In this document: in pieces, positions 37,780 through 49,437 of the stretch
Layout: every line of letters starts with the position of its first letter
Position numbering within the stretch: the stretch's first letter is position 1
Source of the DNA: Chiloscyllium plagiosum
Lineage: Eukaryota
Length of the DNA stretch: 54,067 nt
Direction of reading: 5' to 3'
NCBI RefSeq assembly: GCF_004010195.1
Contig: NC_057720.1
Span: forward strand, 921,091-975,157
Translations under genes and position numbers: made by a program
Notes under the pieces: generated by a model
Told to the model about the DNA's origin: nothing
What the model saw: only the letters and a program-made list of their open reading frames with translations
Databases searched by the model: none

Positions 37780-37995
37780 CAGTGTTGGCTATGTCATTGT
37801 GTAGATGTAAAACTGAAGTCCTGGTTGGCTTCTCCAATTAATGTTGCAATGTTGTCAAAGACCAGGGGAGACATTTCTGGTGTCGTGGCCAATAATTACT
37901 CCTGAATTAATGAGCATCACAAGAAAGATTATTTGGTCTTTATCATATTGTTTATGGGAGCTGGCTGTGCGCAAATTGACTGTTGTTTCCAATCT
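37780..37995 (+). mobile_element. diverged DeuSINE (SacSINE1/AmnSINE1-like) body
   Basis: CAGGGGAG...GGTGTCGTGGCCAATAATT...CATCAC..AGATTATTTGGTCTTTATCA..TTGTTTATGGGAGCTGGCTGTGCGCAAATTG resembles the Deu-domain as I recall it; not aligned. Confidence 0.6.
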
Positions 37996-38429
37996 TTCGC
38001 TGGCAACTGAAATTACAATCCCCTCAGAGAGCAAGAACTGTTTAGAAAGATAGAAATTCCATGATGCCAACTGAGAGAAAATCAATGGGCAATATTGCAC
38101 ATTTTAATACTTTTTATTGCAACAAATTAAATAAAATCAACATCTTTCAAACAGTAATTAACAGGTGAAGGATATTTTAAACAAAAAAAAAAATCACTTT
38201 AAATAGTCAAAACAAAGATACATCTCAGGTCGTGGCAAGGGGTCATATTTCTACCCTCACAAATGTGGGACCACGTGCACTCTCTGCAGCTTTCAGTTCT
38301 GTCTCCACTATGTTTGGTTTCTCATCTCACTCTCAATTATTCGGCTCTTTGGAAGGTTTTGTCAGCAACCATAATACAGCTGACCTACCTGGGCATAGTT
38401 ACCATTGGCATGGTGCATGACAATGAACT

Positions 38430-38960
38430 TTCTCTCACTCCGATCAAACCATTCCTGATGTGAATTGGGGACGGGGTAAGAAGGCTTGGGTGATGGGGGA
38501 TTCGATATTCAAGAAGGAAAGCAAAGACAACAGCTTTGCCGTGATATTGGTGAAGACAAACAGCATGGGACAGGAAGAGGCAGAGAGTTTAACACTCATT
38601 GTACCTCAGTGTACAAGGTACATGTGGGGAATATTCATGAAGAAAATAAAGACTTTACCTCAATGCATAAAACATCCGTAGTAAGGTAAACGGAATAATG
38701 GCAGAAAGAGTTCGATGTTTTAGATATGATTGCCATTACAGGGATGTAGTTACAAGGTGACCAAGGTTGGGAAATAAATATCCCACGGTACATCATATTT
38801 TGGAATGGCAGACAAAATGAAAAGTAAAGGGTGGCATAAGGAGGTTAGCAAGAAATGATATGGACTCAGCAGATCATAAAGATGAATCAGTATGGGTGGA
38901 GAAAAAAAATAACCAGAGTCAGAAAACACCCCTGGAAATAGTCTAAGAGGCAGTCAAACA
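38430..38960 (+). mobile_element. old CR1 ORF1/endonuclease remnant
   Basis: WVMGDSIF esterase-like motif and LNA..IRSK / WEINIP endonuclease-like remnants. Confidence 0.5.
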
Positions 38961-39049
38961 GTCATCATACTATTCTATTGAGCTGTTATGGTGACTTCTA
39001 ATAACTACAGGGATCTTAAGTACAGGTATAAGATTGCGCTACCCTGTGG

Positions 39050-39709
39050 AACCAATCTGAAGCCCATCAATCCTACACTATTCCATTCTCCTCCAGATGC
39101 GTATCCAATGACCATTTAAATGCCCTTAAAGTTGGTGAGTTTACTACTGTTGCAGGCAGTGTGTTCCACGACCCTCCTGCTCTCTGAATAAATCTGTCCT
39201 ATATCTATTACCCCTCAATTTAAAGCTCTGTCCCCTCATGCTAGCCATCACCATCTGAGGAAAAGGCTCTCACTGTCTAACCAATCTAAACCTCGGATTA
39301 TCTTATATGTGTCAATTAAATCACCTCTTAACCTACTTCGTTCTAACGAAAACAGCTTCAAATCCCTCAGCCTTTCCTCATAAGACCTTCCCTCCATACC
39401 AGGCAACATCCTGGTAAATCTCCTCTGAACCCTTTCCAAAGCTTCCACATCCTTCCTATAATGTGGTGACCAGAACTGTATGCAATATCCCAAGTGCGGC
39501 TGCACCAGAGCTTTGTACAGCTGCAGCATGACCTCAAGGCTCCAAAACTCAATCTCTCTATCAATAAAAGCTAACACACTGTACACCTTCCTAACAACCC
39601 TATCAAACTGGATGGAAACTTAAGGATCTATGAACCTGGACACCGAGATCTCTCTGCTCATCTACACTACCAAGAGTCTTTAACATTAGCCCAGTACTCT
39701 GCATTCCTG
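39050..39709 (-). mobile_element. CR1 3' portion
   Basis: VMLQLYKALVQPHLGYCIQFWSPHYRKDVEALERVQRRFTRMLPG. Confidence 0.9.
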
Positions 39710-40761
39710 NNNNNNNNNNNNNNNNNNNNNNNNNNNNNNNNNNNNNNNNNNNNNNNNNNNNNNNNNNNNNNNNNNNNNNNNNNNNNNNNNNNNNNNNNNN
39801 NNNNNNNNNNNNNNNNNNNNNNNNNNNNNNNNNNNNNNNNNNNNNNNNNNNNNNNNNNNNNNNNNNNNNNNNNNNNNNNNNNNNNNNNNNNNNNNNNNNN
39901 NNNNNNNNNNNNNNNNNNNNNNNNNNNNNNNNNNNNNNNNNNNNNNNNNNNNNNNNNNNNNNNNNNNNNNNNNNNNNNNNNNNNNNNNNNNNNNNNNNNN
40001 NNNNNNNNNNNNNNNNNNNNNNNNNNNNNNNNNNNNNNNNNNNNNNNNNNNNNNNNNNNNNNNNNNNNNNNNNNNNNNNNNNNNNNNNNNNNNNNNNNNN
40101 NNNNNNNNNNNNNNNNNNNNNNNNNNNNNNNNNNNNNNNNNNNNNNNNNNNNNNNNNNNNNNNNNNNNNNNNNNNNNNNNNNNNNNNNNNNNNNNNNNNN
40201 NNNNNNNNNCTTGATCGATCTCAGAGCTGATCCCTATCACCCAGTACACCCTTCGACCCTCTGTGATTTGAGAGTATTATTCTCAGCTTTCCTTGCAGCA
40301 CCAGCTGGAGCTGATGAAGAAACTCTCCTCAGCTGTTCAGTAATGCTGCTCCAATGATTTGAGATGGGTTTGGGATGCCAGATGTAGTGGCTGTTTCTAA
40401 CGACCGCAGGAGTCTTTAGGACAGGTTTATGATTGTTTAGTCAAGCATTTCCATTACCATTAGAGACCAGAATCTACTCTAGACCAGCTAGAATAAAACT
40501 CTGCTGAATGCAGGAAATTCATCGATTTTAGACACATTTAATCACATCCACACATTCTGTCATTTCAATTCCTACCTTGGCAGTGTGTACTCATTCAATA
40601 AACAGATGTCTTCAGTCAGAGGCACCTACCTTCCTTCACCCAAACAAAGGCTTTTACCTTGCCCTCGTCTGGCTGACTCTGGTAATGTTTGCTCCACTCT
40701 TCATATCTAACCTTGTCCTTCCCTCCATCTGTCTCCCAAACAGTTTATCTGTGTTTTGCAG

Positions 40762-41712
40762 TAGAGAGCGGCAGGAGCTGGGCAGAAGTGAAGTCGGAGC
40801 GCAGAGGCTGTTGGGAAGGTGGGTGAGTGTTATTTAAGTAGGTGCGTTCCTGGTGCCAGGATTAAGGACATCGCGGACAGAGTGCAGGAAATCCTCAAGG
40901 ACGAAGGTGAAGAGCCAGANNNNNNNNNNNNNNNNNNNNNNNNNNNNNNNNNNNNNNNNNNNNNNNNNNNNNNNNNNNNNNNNNNNNNNNNNNNNNNNNN
41001 NNNNNNNNNNNNNNNNNNNNNNNNNNNNNNNNGGGGGGAGGGGACAAACTGGAAGTTTAAGAAGGAAGTTAAAGGGAAAGTCACAGCAAGAGAAGTCAAG
41101 AAAGACAACGGAAACAATGGAGCAGAAAACTCAAAAAGGATCATGCTGTAAAGTCAAATGAAATAGGGATTGATAGGAAGGGTCAGGAGAGTAACAAATT
41201 AAAAATATTATACATGAATGCACAAAGTATTAGAAATAAGGTGGATAAGCTTGAGGCTCATTTGGAAATTGGCAGTTACGAAGTTGTGGGGATAATGGAG
41301 ACGTGGCTTCAAGTGGACAGGGCCTGGGAAATGAATATTCAAGGCTACACATGCTATCGTAAGGCCAGACTGACGGACAGAGGGGGTGGGGTGACCCTGT
41401 TGGTAAAGAATGATATTCAGTCCCTTGCGCGGGGGGACCTAGAATCAGGGGGGTGTAGAGTCAGTATGGATAGAGCTGAGAAATTCTAAGGGTAGAAAGA
41501 CCCTCATGGGAGTTATCTGCAGGCCCTCAAACAGTAGTCTGGATGTCGTGCATAGGTTGAATAGAGCTCTTAAGGATAGTGGAATCAAGGGTTATGGGGA
41601 TAAGGCAGGAACAGGATACTGATTGAGGATGATCAGCCATGATCATAATGAATGGTGGTGCTGGCCCGAAGGGCAGAATGGCCTACTCCTGCACCTATTG
41701 TCTATTGTCTAT
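40762..41712 (+). mobile_element. internally deleted CR1 (5' leader, ORF1 piece, endonuclease, 3' tail)
   Basis: 5' end matches 53631-53717; PGARIKDI esterase; MNAQSIRNKVDKL...VGIMETWL endonuclease; tail (ATTGTCT)n. Confidence 0.75.
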
Positions 41713-43218
41713 TATCTGTCAGGGTTCCCAAACTCCTTTCTGAAGATCCCGCTGATCTTGCTCTGCGATCTTACTCCCACTGTGAGCATTGAAATCCCTC
41801 TTTAACTCTTACGGTCAAATCAACTGTTACAGATCATTAAACCAGAAATTATTGTTGTTTGTAACAAAGTTAGGGTAATCATTCTGGAGCACTTTAATCT
41901 TCACATTGACTGTGACAATCAAATTGGTGAGCTTGGTCTAAATGAGGGGTTTATAGAATTTATTATAACAGTTTTCTGAAGCAATGTGTTGTGGAACTGA
42001 CAAGAGATAAAACTGTTTTAAATTCAGTATTTGGATTGACGCAGAGTAAAGTCATGACGTCAAATAAAAAGCTCCATTGAGAAATAGTAAACATAATACA
42101 CACATTCTCACTGAAGTTAGAAAATAACTTACTCAATCACAAAGAAAAGTCCGACTTAAACAACGCCATATGTTTGTAGCTGATTGGCTAAATAGATTAA
42201 AAAGGATCACAGCAAGTAAAAGAAATGAAACATTTAAAGGAACAATTCAAAGTGTTCCACAAAAATACATTCCTTTAAAAACAAAATCTCAGCAAGAAAG
42301 AACTGTACCTCACTCAGAAAGTTGAGGTTGGCATTAGCTTAAAAGAAGATCCTTATAAATGTGCAAAGAAGAGGAGGAAGAGGAGGGGCTGCAAAATCTG
42401 TTCAAAACCAAGAGCAGAAATGGAAGAAGTGTTTGGAGTACTCAGCAAAACAATAAAAGATGTAATGATAAGTGAGAAAGGTAACAGACAGCGCTGCTGT
42501 GGGGGATTCTGGGAGGAGTCATTTCAGTAACTGCCTGGGAGCGAATAAATGGGAGGCCATTTTTGGAGCGGCCATTTTGAGAAGGCAGTCTTGTGGTTGC
42601 GGTGTTGCTGGAGGTTTAAGTGAACATTGGCTTCAGTGAGGATGGTGAGCAGCTGCGAGGTAAGGCAGTCAGAGGAGGGGCAAACTACTGCACCTGCTGA
42701 AGGCACAGGGGTAAAGGACAAGGAAGTTTAACCGTAAAGTTACAGGCAACAAGTAAATGAGTGGCTGGTGACTGGTTAGTCCCCTTTATTCTCTCTTATT
42801 TTCTCTTTGCTTAAGGATTAAGTTGTGGCAGGAGATCCCAGACCGATGCCATGCTCCTCCTGTGCGATGTGGGAATTCTGGGACTGTTCCAATGTCCCAG
42901 AATCCTTCACGTGCAGGAAATGTGTCCAAGCTGCAGCTTCTGTCTGACCACGTGACACGTCTGGAGCTGCAGCTGGATTCGCTTTGGAGCATCCAGGAGG
43001 TTGCGGGAATCGTGAACAGCACGTTCAGTAAGTTGGTCACACCACAGATAAAAATTACTGAGGAAGATAGGGAATGGGTGACTAACAGACAGAGGAAGAG
43101 TAGGAAGGCAGTGCAGGGGTCCCCTGCGGTCATCTCTCTCCATAACGTGTATAACCGTTTTGGAGACTGCTGGGGGAAATGGCTCATTGGGCAATGAGAG
43201 CAATAACTGTTTTTTTTT

Positions 43219-43418
43219 TAAGATTAGATTAGATTAGATTCCCTACAGTGTGGAAACAGGCCCAACAAGCCCACACCGACCCTCCGAATAGCAACCCACC
43301 CAGACCCAATCCCCCTATATCTAACACTACGGGCAATTTAGCATGGCCAATTCACCTAACCTGCACATTTTTGGACTGTGGGAGGAAACCGGAGCACCCA
43401 GAGGAAACTCACGCAGAC
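43219..43418 (-). mobile_element. 5'-truncated HE1-type SINE
   Basis: (TTAGA)n tail and HE1 body. Confidence 0.85.
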
Positions 43419-44423
43419 AAGATTCATGGCACAGTGACTAGCTCTGCTGCACAGGAAGGCAGCAAAAAGAGTGACAGAGCTATAGTGATAGGAGATTCAG
43501 TTGTAAGAGGAATAGATAGGTGTTTCTACAGCTCGAGAGTCTAGGAAGGTATATTACCTCCCTGGTGCAAGGGGCAAGGATGTCTTGGAGCAGCTACAGG
43601 ACATTCTGGGTTGGGGGGGTTTCTGCAAAGCCAGATGGAGGAGTGCACATAGGCACCAACAAGGGCCACATTGTATCATGATTCAAAAAGGGCAATAAAT
43701 ATCAAAAAAATGACCCTGAAGGCTCTGTGTCTCAATGTGAGGAGCATTTGTGATAAGGTGGATGAATTAACTCCACAAACAGTTATTATTGGGGATCACA
43801 GGGACTTGGCTCGAGAGTGACCAAAGATGGGAACTCAATTTTCAGGGAAGACAGACAGAAAGGAAACAGAGGTGAGGGAGCATTGCTGGTTACGGAGGAG
43901 ATTAACACAATAGTAAAAGAGGACATTAGCCTGGACAATGTGGGATGTATATGGCTGGAGCTATGGAAAACCAAAGGGAGATAAAGACATCAGTGGGAGT
44001 TGTGTACAGACCACCAAACAATACTTGTGATGTTGGGAACTGTATCAAACAGGGAATTAGAGATACATGCAGTCAGGGTACAGAGTGACTTTAATCTACA
44101 TATTCATTGGACTAAGCAAACTGATAGAAATGTGATGGAGGGGGATTTCCTGGAACATATGAGGAAAGGTTTCCTTGACAACTAGAGAGCAAGCCATCTT
44201 AGACTGGGTATTGTGTGATGAGAGGGGATTAATTAATAACATTGTGGTGTGAGATTGGGAAGAGTGACTATAATATGGAGAGTGACAGTTACATCTGAGA
44301 TTAGGGCCCTGAGCTTAAAGAAAGCTAACTTTGATGGTGTGAGGCATTGGCTGGGATAATCTGGCCAAGGATACTGAAGGGGTTGACAGTGGATCGGCAC
44401 CTGGCAGACAGTTAAAGAGCACA

Positions 44424-44695
44424 TAGAATCCCTTCGACCCAGCAAGTCCACACCAACCCTCTGAAGAGTATCTCACCCAGACCCGTTGCCCTGTTACTCT
44501 ACATTTCCCCTGACTAATGCACCTAACTTACACATCCCTGAACACTATGGGCAATTTAGCATGGCCAATTCACCTAACCTGCACATCTTTGGATTGTGGG
44601 AGGAAACCCACAGGCAGTTGCCTGAGGCTAGAATTGAACCTGAGTCCCTGGTGCTGTGAGGTAGCAGTGCTTACCACTGAGCCACTGTGCCACCC
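44424..44695 (-). mobile_element. HE1-type SINE
   Basis: HE1 body and tRNA head. Confidence 0.8.
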
Positions 44696-44989
44696 CATGG
44701 ATGAACTTCGACAAATGTACATCCCTGTCTGGTGTAAGAGTAAAACAGGAAAGGAGACTCAACCATGGCTAACAAGGGAAATCAGGGAGATAGTTAAAGA
44801 CAAAGAGGAGACAGATAAATTGGTCAGAAAAAGCAGCAAACCTGAGGACTGGGAGAAATTTAAAATTCAGCAGAGGAGGGCAAAGGGTTTACTTCAGAAG
44901 GGAAAAATAGAATATAGAAGTAAGTTTGCAGAAAACATAAAAAACTGACTGCAAAAGCTTCTATAGGTATGTGAAGAGAAAAATCTTTG

Positions 44990-45084
44990 AGGAGAAAGTG
45001 AGGTCTGCAGATGCTGGAGATCAGAGCCGGAAGTGTGTTGCTGGAAAAGCGCAGCAGGCCAGGCAGCATCCAGGGAACAGGAGA
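44990..45084. mobile_element. pLTR mini-element arm running into a gap
   Basis: AGGAGAAAGTGAGGTCTGCAGATGCTGGAGATCAG...GGCAGCATCCAGGGAACAGGAG followed by N. Confidence 0.75.
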
Positions 45085-46723
45085 NNNNNNNNNNNNNNNN
45101 NNNNNNNNNNNNNNNNNNNNNNNNNNNNNNNNNNNNNNNNNNNNNNNNNNNNNNNNNNNNNNNNNNNNNNNNNNNNNNNNNNNNNNNNNNNNNNNNNNNN
45201 NNNNNNNNNNNNNNNNNNNNNNNNNNNNNNNNNNNNNNNNNNNNNNNNNNNNNNNNNNNNNNNNNNNNNNNNNNNNNNNNNNNNNNNNNNNNNNNNNNNN
45301 NNNNNNNNNNNNNNNNNNNNNNNNNNNNNNNNNNNNNNNNNNNNNNNNNNNNNNNNNNNNNNNNNNNNNNNNNNNNNNNNNNNNNNNNNNNNNNNNNNNN
45401 NNNNNNNNNNNNNNNNNNNNNNNNNNNNNNNNNNNNNNNNNNNNNNNNNNNNNNNNNNNNNNNNNNNNNNNNNNNNNNNNNNNNNNNNNNNNNNNNNNNN
45501 NNNNNNNNNNNNNNNNNNNNNNNNNNNNNNNNNNNNNNNNNNNNNNNNNNNNNNNNNNNNNNNNNNNNNNNNNNNNNNNNNNNNNNNNNNNNNNNNNNNN
45601 NNNNNNNNNNNNNNNNNNNNNNNNNNNNNNNNNNNNNNNNNNNNNNNNNNNNNNNNNNNNNNNNNNNNNNNNNNNNNNNNNNNNNNNNNNNNNNNNNNNN
45701 NNNNNNNNNNNNNNNNNNNNNNNNNNNNNNNNNNNNNNNNNNNNNNNNNNNNNNNNNNNNNNNNNNNNNNNNNNGTAGGCAAATACATGTGGATAAATGT
45801 GAGGTTACCCATATTGGTCACCAAAACAGGAAAGAAGATTATTCTCTGAATGGTGGCAGTTTAGGAAAAGGTGAGGTGCAACAAGACCTGGGCGTCATGG
45901 TGGGACAGTTGCTGAAGGTTAGTGTGCAGGTGCAGCAGGCAGGGAGGAAAGCTAATGGCATGTTGGCCTTCATAGTGAGAGGGTAGGAGTATCAGAGCAA
46001 AGATGTCTTGCTGCAGTTGTACAAGACCTTGGTGAGGCCACCCCTTGAATATTGTGTGCAGGTTTGTCTCCTCGTTTGAGGAAGGTCATTCTTGCTATTG
46101 AGGGAGTCCAGTAAAGGTTCACCAGACTGATTCCTGGGATGGCAGGACTGAAATATGAGGAAAGACTGGATCAACTTGGCTTGTACTCGCTGGAATTTAG
46201 AATGAGAGGAATCTCATGGAAGCGTATAAAATGCTGATGGGATTGAACAGGCTAGATGTGGGAAGAATGTTTCCGATGTTGGGGAAGTCCAGTGCTGGGG
46301 TTGCAGTCTAATTATAAGGGGTAAGCCATTCAGGGCTGAGATGAGGAGGAATTTCTTCACTCGGTGAGTTGTGAATTCTCTCCTACAGGAAGCTGTTGGA
46401 GCCAGTTCATTAGATAGACTCAAGAGGGAGCTGGATGTGACCCTTGTGGGTAAAGGGATTAAGGGGGATGGGGAGAGGGTGGGATTGGGATACTGAGATT
46501 GCAGGATCAGCCATGATTGTATGGAAAGGTGGGGCAGGCTCAAAGGGCCGAATGGCCTACTCCTGCTCCTGTCATCTCTGTTTCTATTTTTCGATGTTCA
46601 GAGAATATAAAAATACATGATGAGAAGGAATAGCTGAATAAAATGTCAATGCCATAGAGACACAGGAAAATTATTGTATCACATGAAGAAATAGCAAGCA
46701 TTGCTGTCATGCCTCACTGAGCT

Positions 46724-46963
46724 ATCAGAGAATCCCTACAGCGGGGGAAACAGGCCATTCAGCCCACATCAACCTCCCAAAGAGCAACCTCCCTACCCTA
46801 TAAACATGCATTCCATCTACACACTCATGGACACTGCACCGCGCCCACACAGACAGTGGGAGAAAGTGCAAGCTCCACACAGAAGCTTGTCCAAAGTGGA
46901 ATTGAACCCAGGTTCCTAGGGCTATGAGGCAGCAGTGCTAACCACTGAGCCACTGTGCCACCC
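46724..46963 (-). mobile_element. diverged HE1-type SINE
   Basis: tRNA head and partial body. Confidence 0.7.
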
Positions 46964-46994
46964 CAGCTAGTGCACTGGAAATCAAGTCTAATCA

Positions 46995-49190
46995 AACATT
47001 TAATCAAAGCTCCTAAAGTGAGAGCTAAGAAGGACCAGGAGGGAACATGAAAGGTCTTTGGCAGATAGGATCAGGGAAAACCCTAAAGCTTTCTGTAGGT
47101 ATATCAGGAATAAAAGAATTACTAGGGTAAGATTAGGGCCAATCAAGGATAGCAGTGGGAAGTGTTAGAACATAGAAGAATACAGCGCAGTACAGGCCCT
47201 TTGGCCCTCGATGTTGCACCGATCCAAGCCCACCTAACCTACACTAGCCCACTATCCTCCATATGCCTATCCAATGCCCGCTTAAATGCCCATAAAGAGG
47301 GAGAGTCCACCACTGCTACTGGCAGGGCATTCCATGAACTCACGACTCGCTGAGTAAAGAACCTACCCCTAACATCTGTCCTATACCTACCCACCTACCT
47401 TGCGTGGAGTCAGAGGAGGTAGGAGAAGTGCTAAATGAAAACTTTACGTCAGCATTCACCCTGGATAAAGAGGAGAATAATGAGACACAGGCTACTAGAC
47501 TGGATGGGATTGAGGTTCACAAGGAGGCGGTGTTAGCAATTCTGGAAAATGTGAAAATAGATAAGTCCCCTGGGCCGGATGGGATTGATCCTAGGATTCT
47601 CTGGGAAGCCAGGGAGGAGATTGCAGAGCCTTTAGCTTTGATATTTATATTGCCATTGTCTACAGGAATAGTGTCAGAAGACTGGAGAATAGCAAATGTT
47701 CAAGAAGGGGAGTAAAGATAACCCCGGTAATTACAGACCAGTGAGACTTACTTCAGTTGTGAGCAAAGTATTGGAAAGGATTATAAGAGATAGGACTTAT
47801 AATCATCTAGAGAGGAATAAGTTGATTAGGGAAAGTCAACACGGTTTTGTGAAGGGTAGGTCGTGCCTCACAAACCTTAATGAGTTCTTTGAGAAGGTGA
47901 GCAAACAGGTGGATGAGGGTAAAGTGGTTGATGTGGTGTATATGGATTTTAGTAAGGTGTTTGATAAGGTTCCCCACAGTAGGCTATTGCACAAAATATG
48001 GAGGAGAAAGTGAGGACTGCAGATGCTGGAGATCAAAGTTGAAACTTTATTGCTGGAACAGCACAGCAGGTCAGGCAGCATCCAGGGAACAGGAGATTCG
48101 ACGTTTCGGGCACCTCCTGTTCCCTGGATGCTGCCTGACCTGCTGTGCTGTTCCAGCAATAAAGTTTCAACACAAAATATGGAGGCATGGGATTGAGGGT
48201 GATTTAGTGGTTTGGATCAGAAATTGGCTAGCTGAAAGAAGACAGAGAGTGGTGGTTTATGGGAAGTGTTCATCCTGGAGTACAGCTACTAGTGGGTTAC
48301 CACAAGGATCTGTTTTGGGGCCACTGCTGTTTGTCATTTTTATAAAAGACCTAGATGAGGGTGTAGAAGGATGGGTTAGTAACTTTGTGGATGACATTAA
48401 GGTCGGTGGAGTTGTGGATAGTGCTGAAGGATGTTGCAGGTTACAGAAGGACATAGATAAGCTGCAGACCTGTGCTGAGAGGTGGCAAATGGAGTTTAAT
48501 GCTGAAAATTGTGAGGTGATTCACTTAGGAAGGAGTAGCAGGAATACAGAATACTGGGCTAATGGTAAGATTCTTGGTAGTGTAAACGAGCAGAGAGACC
48601 TCAGTGTCCATGTACATAAATCCCTGAAAGTTACCACCCAGGTTGATAGGGTTGTTAAGAAGATATACAGTGTATTAGCTTTTATTGGGAGAGGGATTGA
48701 GTTTCGGAGCCATGAGGTCATGTTGCAGCTGTACAAAACTCTGGTGTGGCTGCACTTGGAGTATTGTGTACAGTTCTGGTCACCGCATTATAGGAAGGAT
48801 GTGGAAGCTTTGGAAAGGGTGCAGAGGAGATTTACCGGGATGTTGCCTGGTATGGAGGGAAGGTCTTATGAGGAAAGGCTGAGGGACTTGAGGCTGTTTT
48901 CGTTAGAGAGAAGAAGGTTGAGAGGTGACTTAATCGAGATGTATAAGATAATCAGAGGGTTAGATAGGGTGGACAGTAAGAGCCTTTTTCCTTGGAAGAT
49001 GATGGCTAACATGAGGGGTGATAGATAAAGGACAGATGTCAGAGGTAGTTTCTTTACTCAGAGAGTAGTAGGGACATGGAATGCCCTGCCTGCAACAGTA
49101 GTAGACTCGCCAACTTTAAGAGCATTTAAATGGTCATTGGATAAACATCTGGATGAAAATGGAATAGTGTAGGTTAGATGGGCTTCAGAT
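46995..49190 (+). mobile_element. young CR1 ORF2 (RT) copy with two nested inserts
   Basis: Long near-open RT (GLPQGSVLGPLLF, FVDDIKV, WQMEFN, LEYCVQFWSPHY). Minus-strand CR1 3' end at ~47165-47400 and mini-element at 48002-48171. Confidence 0.92.
48002..48171. mobile_element. fold-back pLTR mini-element with 15-bp TSD
   Basis: CACAAAATATGGAGG at 47990-48004 and 48171-48185; perfect inverted arms; the hammerhead CTGAAGA half is absent. Confidence 0.9.
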
Positions 49191-49437
49191 TTCCTTACTT
49201 ATATCCATATACATCACATCAAATGCTTTACCCTCATCCACCAGTTTGGTCACCTTCTTAAACAACTCAATAAGGTTTGTGAGGCACGACCTACCCTTCA
49301 CAAAATCGTGTTGACTACCCCTAATCAACTTATTCCTCTCTAGATGATTATAAATCCTATCTCTTATAATCATTTCCAACACTTTACCCACAACCGAAGT
49401 AAGGCTCACCGATCTGTAATTACCTGGGTTGTCTCTA

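Larger units (their letters stand above)
28948..37780. repeat. 24-bp tandem repeat array (~8.8 kb)
   Basis: Variable units of consensus GTGTGGTGCTGCAGTATTGAGGGT (28948-34747), then perfect GTGTGGCACTGCCGTGTTGAGGGT (34748-37617, ~119 copies), then a few variable units. Confidence 0.97.
42490..46590 (+). mobile_element. near full-length decayed CR1 with nested SINEs and an N-gap
   Basis: ORF1 CSSCAM..CV, RLELQLDSL, AIVIGDSVVRG; endonuclease remnants; post-RT region and 3' tail after the gap. Confidence 0.8.

Noticed and set aside
28948..37780. CRISPR array or telomeric repeat
   Set aside because: Units are head-to-tail with no spacers and no cas genes in vertebrate DNA. The unit is not TTAGGG; the TG1-3 resemblance is coincidental.
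28799..37837. ORFs of 1000-1500 aa with 8-aa repeats (antifreeze/mucin-like)
   Set aside because: A 24-bp unit is a multiple of three and lacks stops in most frames on both strands. Frames switch at 2-bp deletions, and there is no signal peptide or splice context.
39686..45986. ORFs dominated by X
   Set aside because: They span assembly gaps (39710-40209, 40920-41032, 45085-45774).
47913..49028. 371-aa intact reverse transcriptase gene
   Set aside because: It is a chimera of an off-frame start, the mini-element insert and CR1 RT. Upstream ORF2 is frameshifted.
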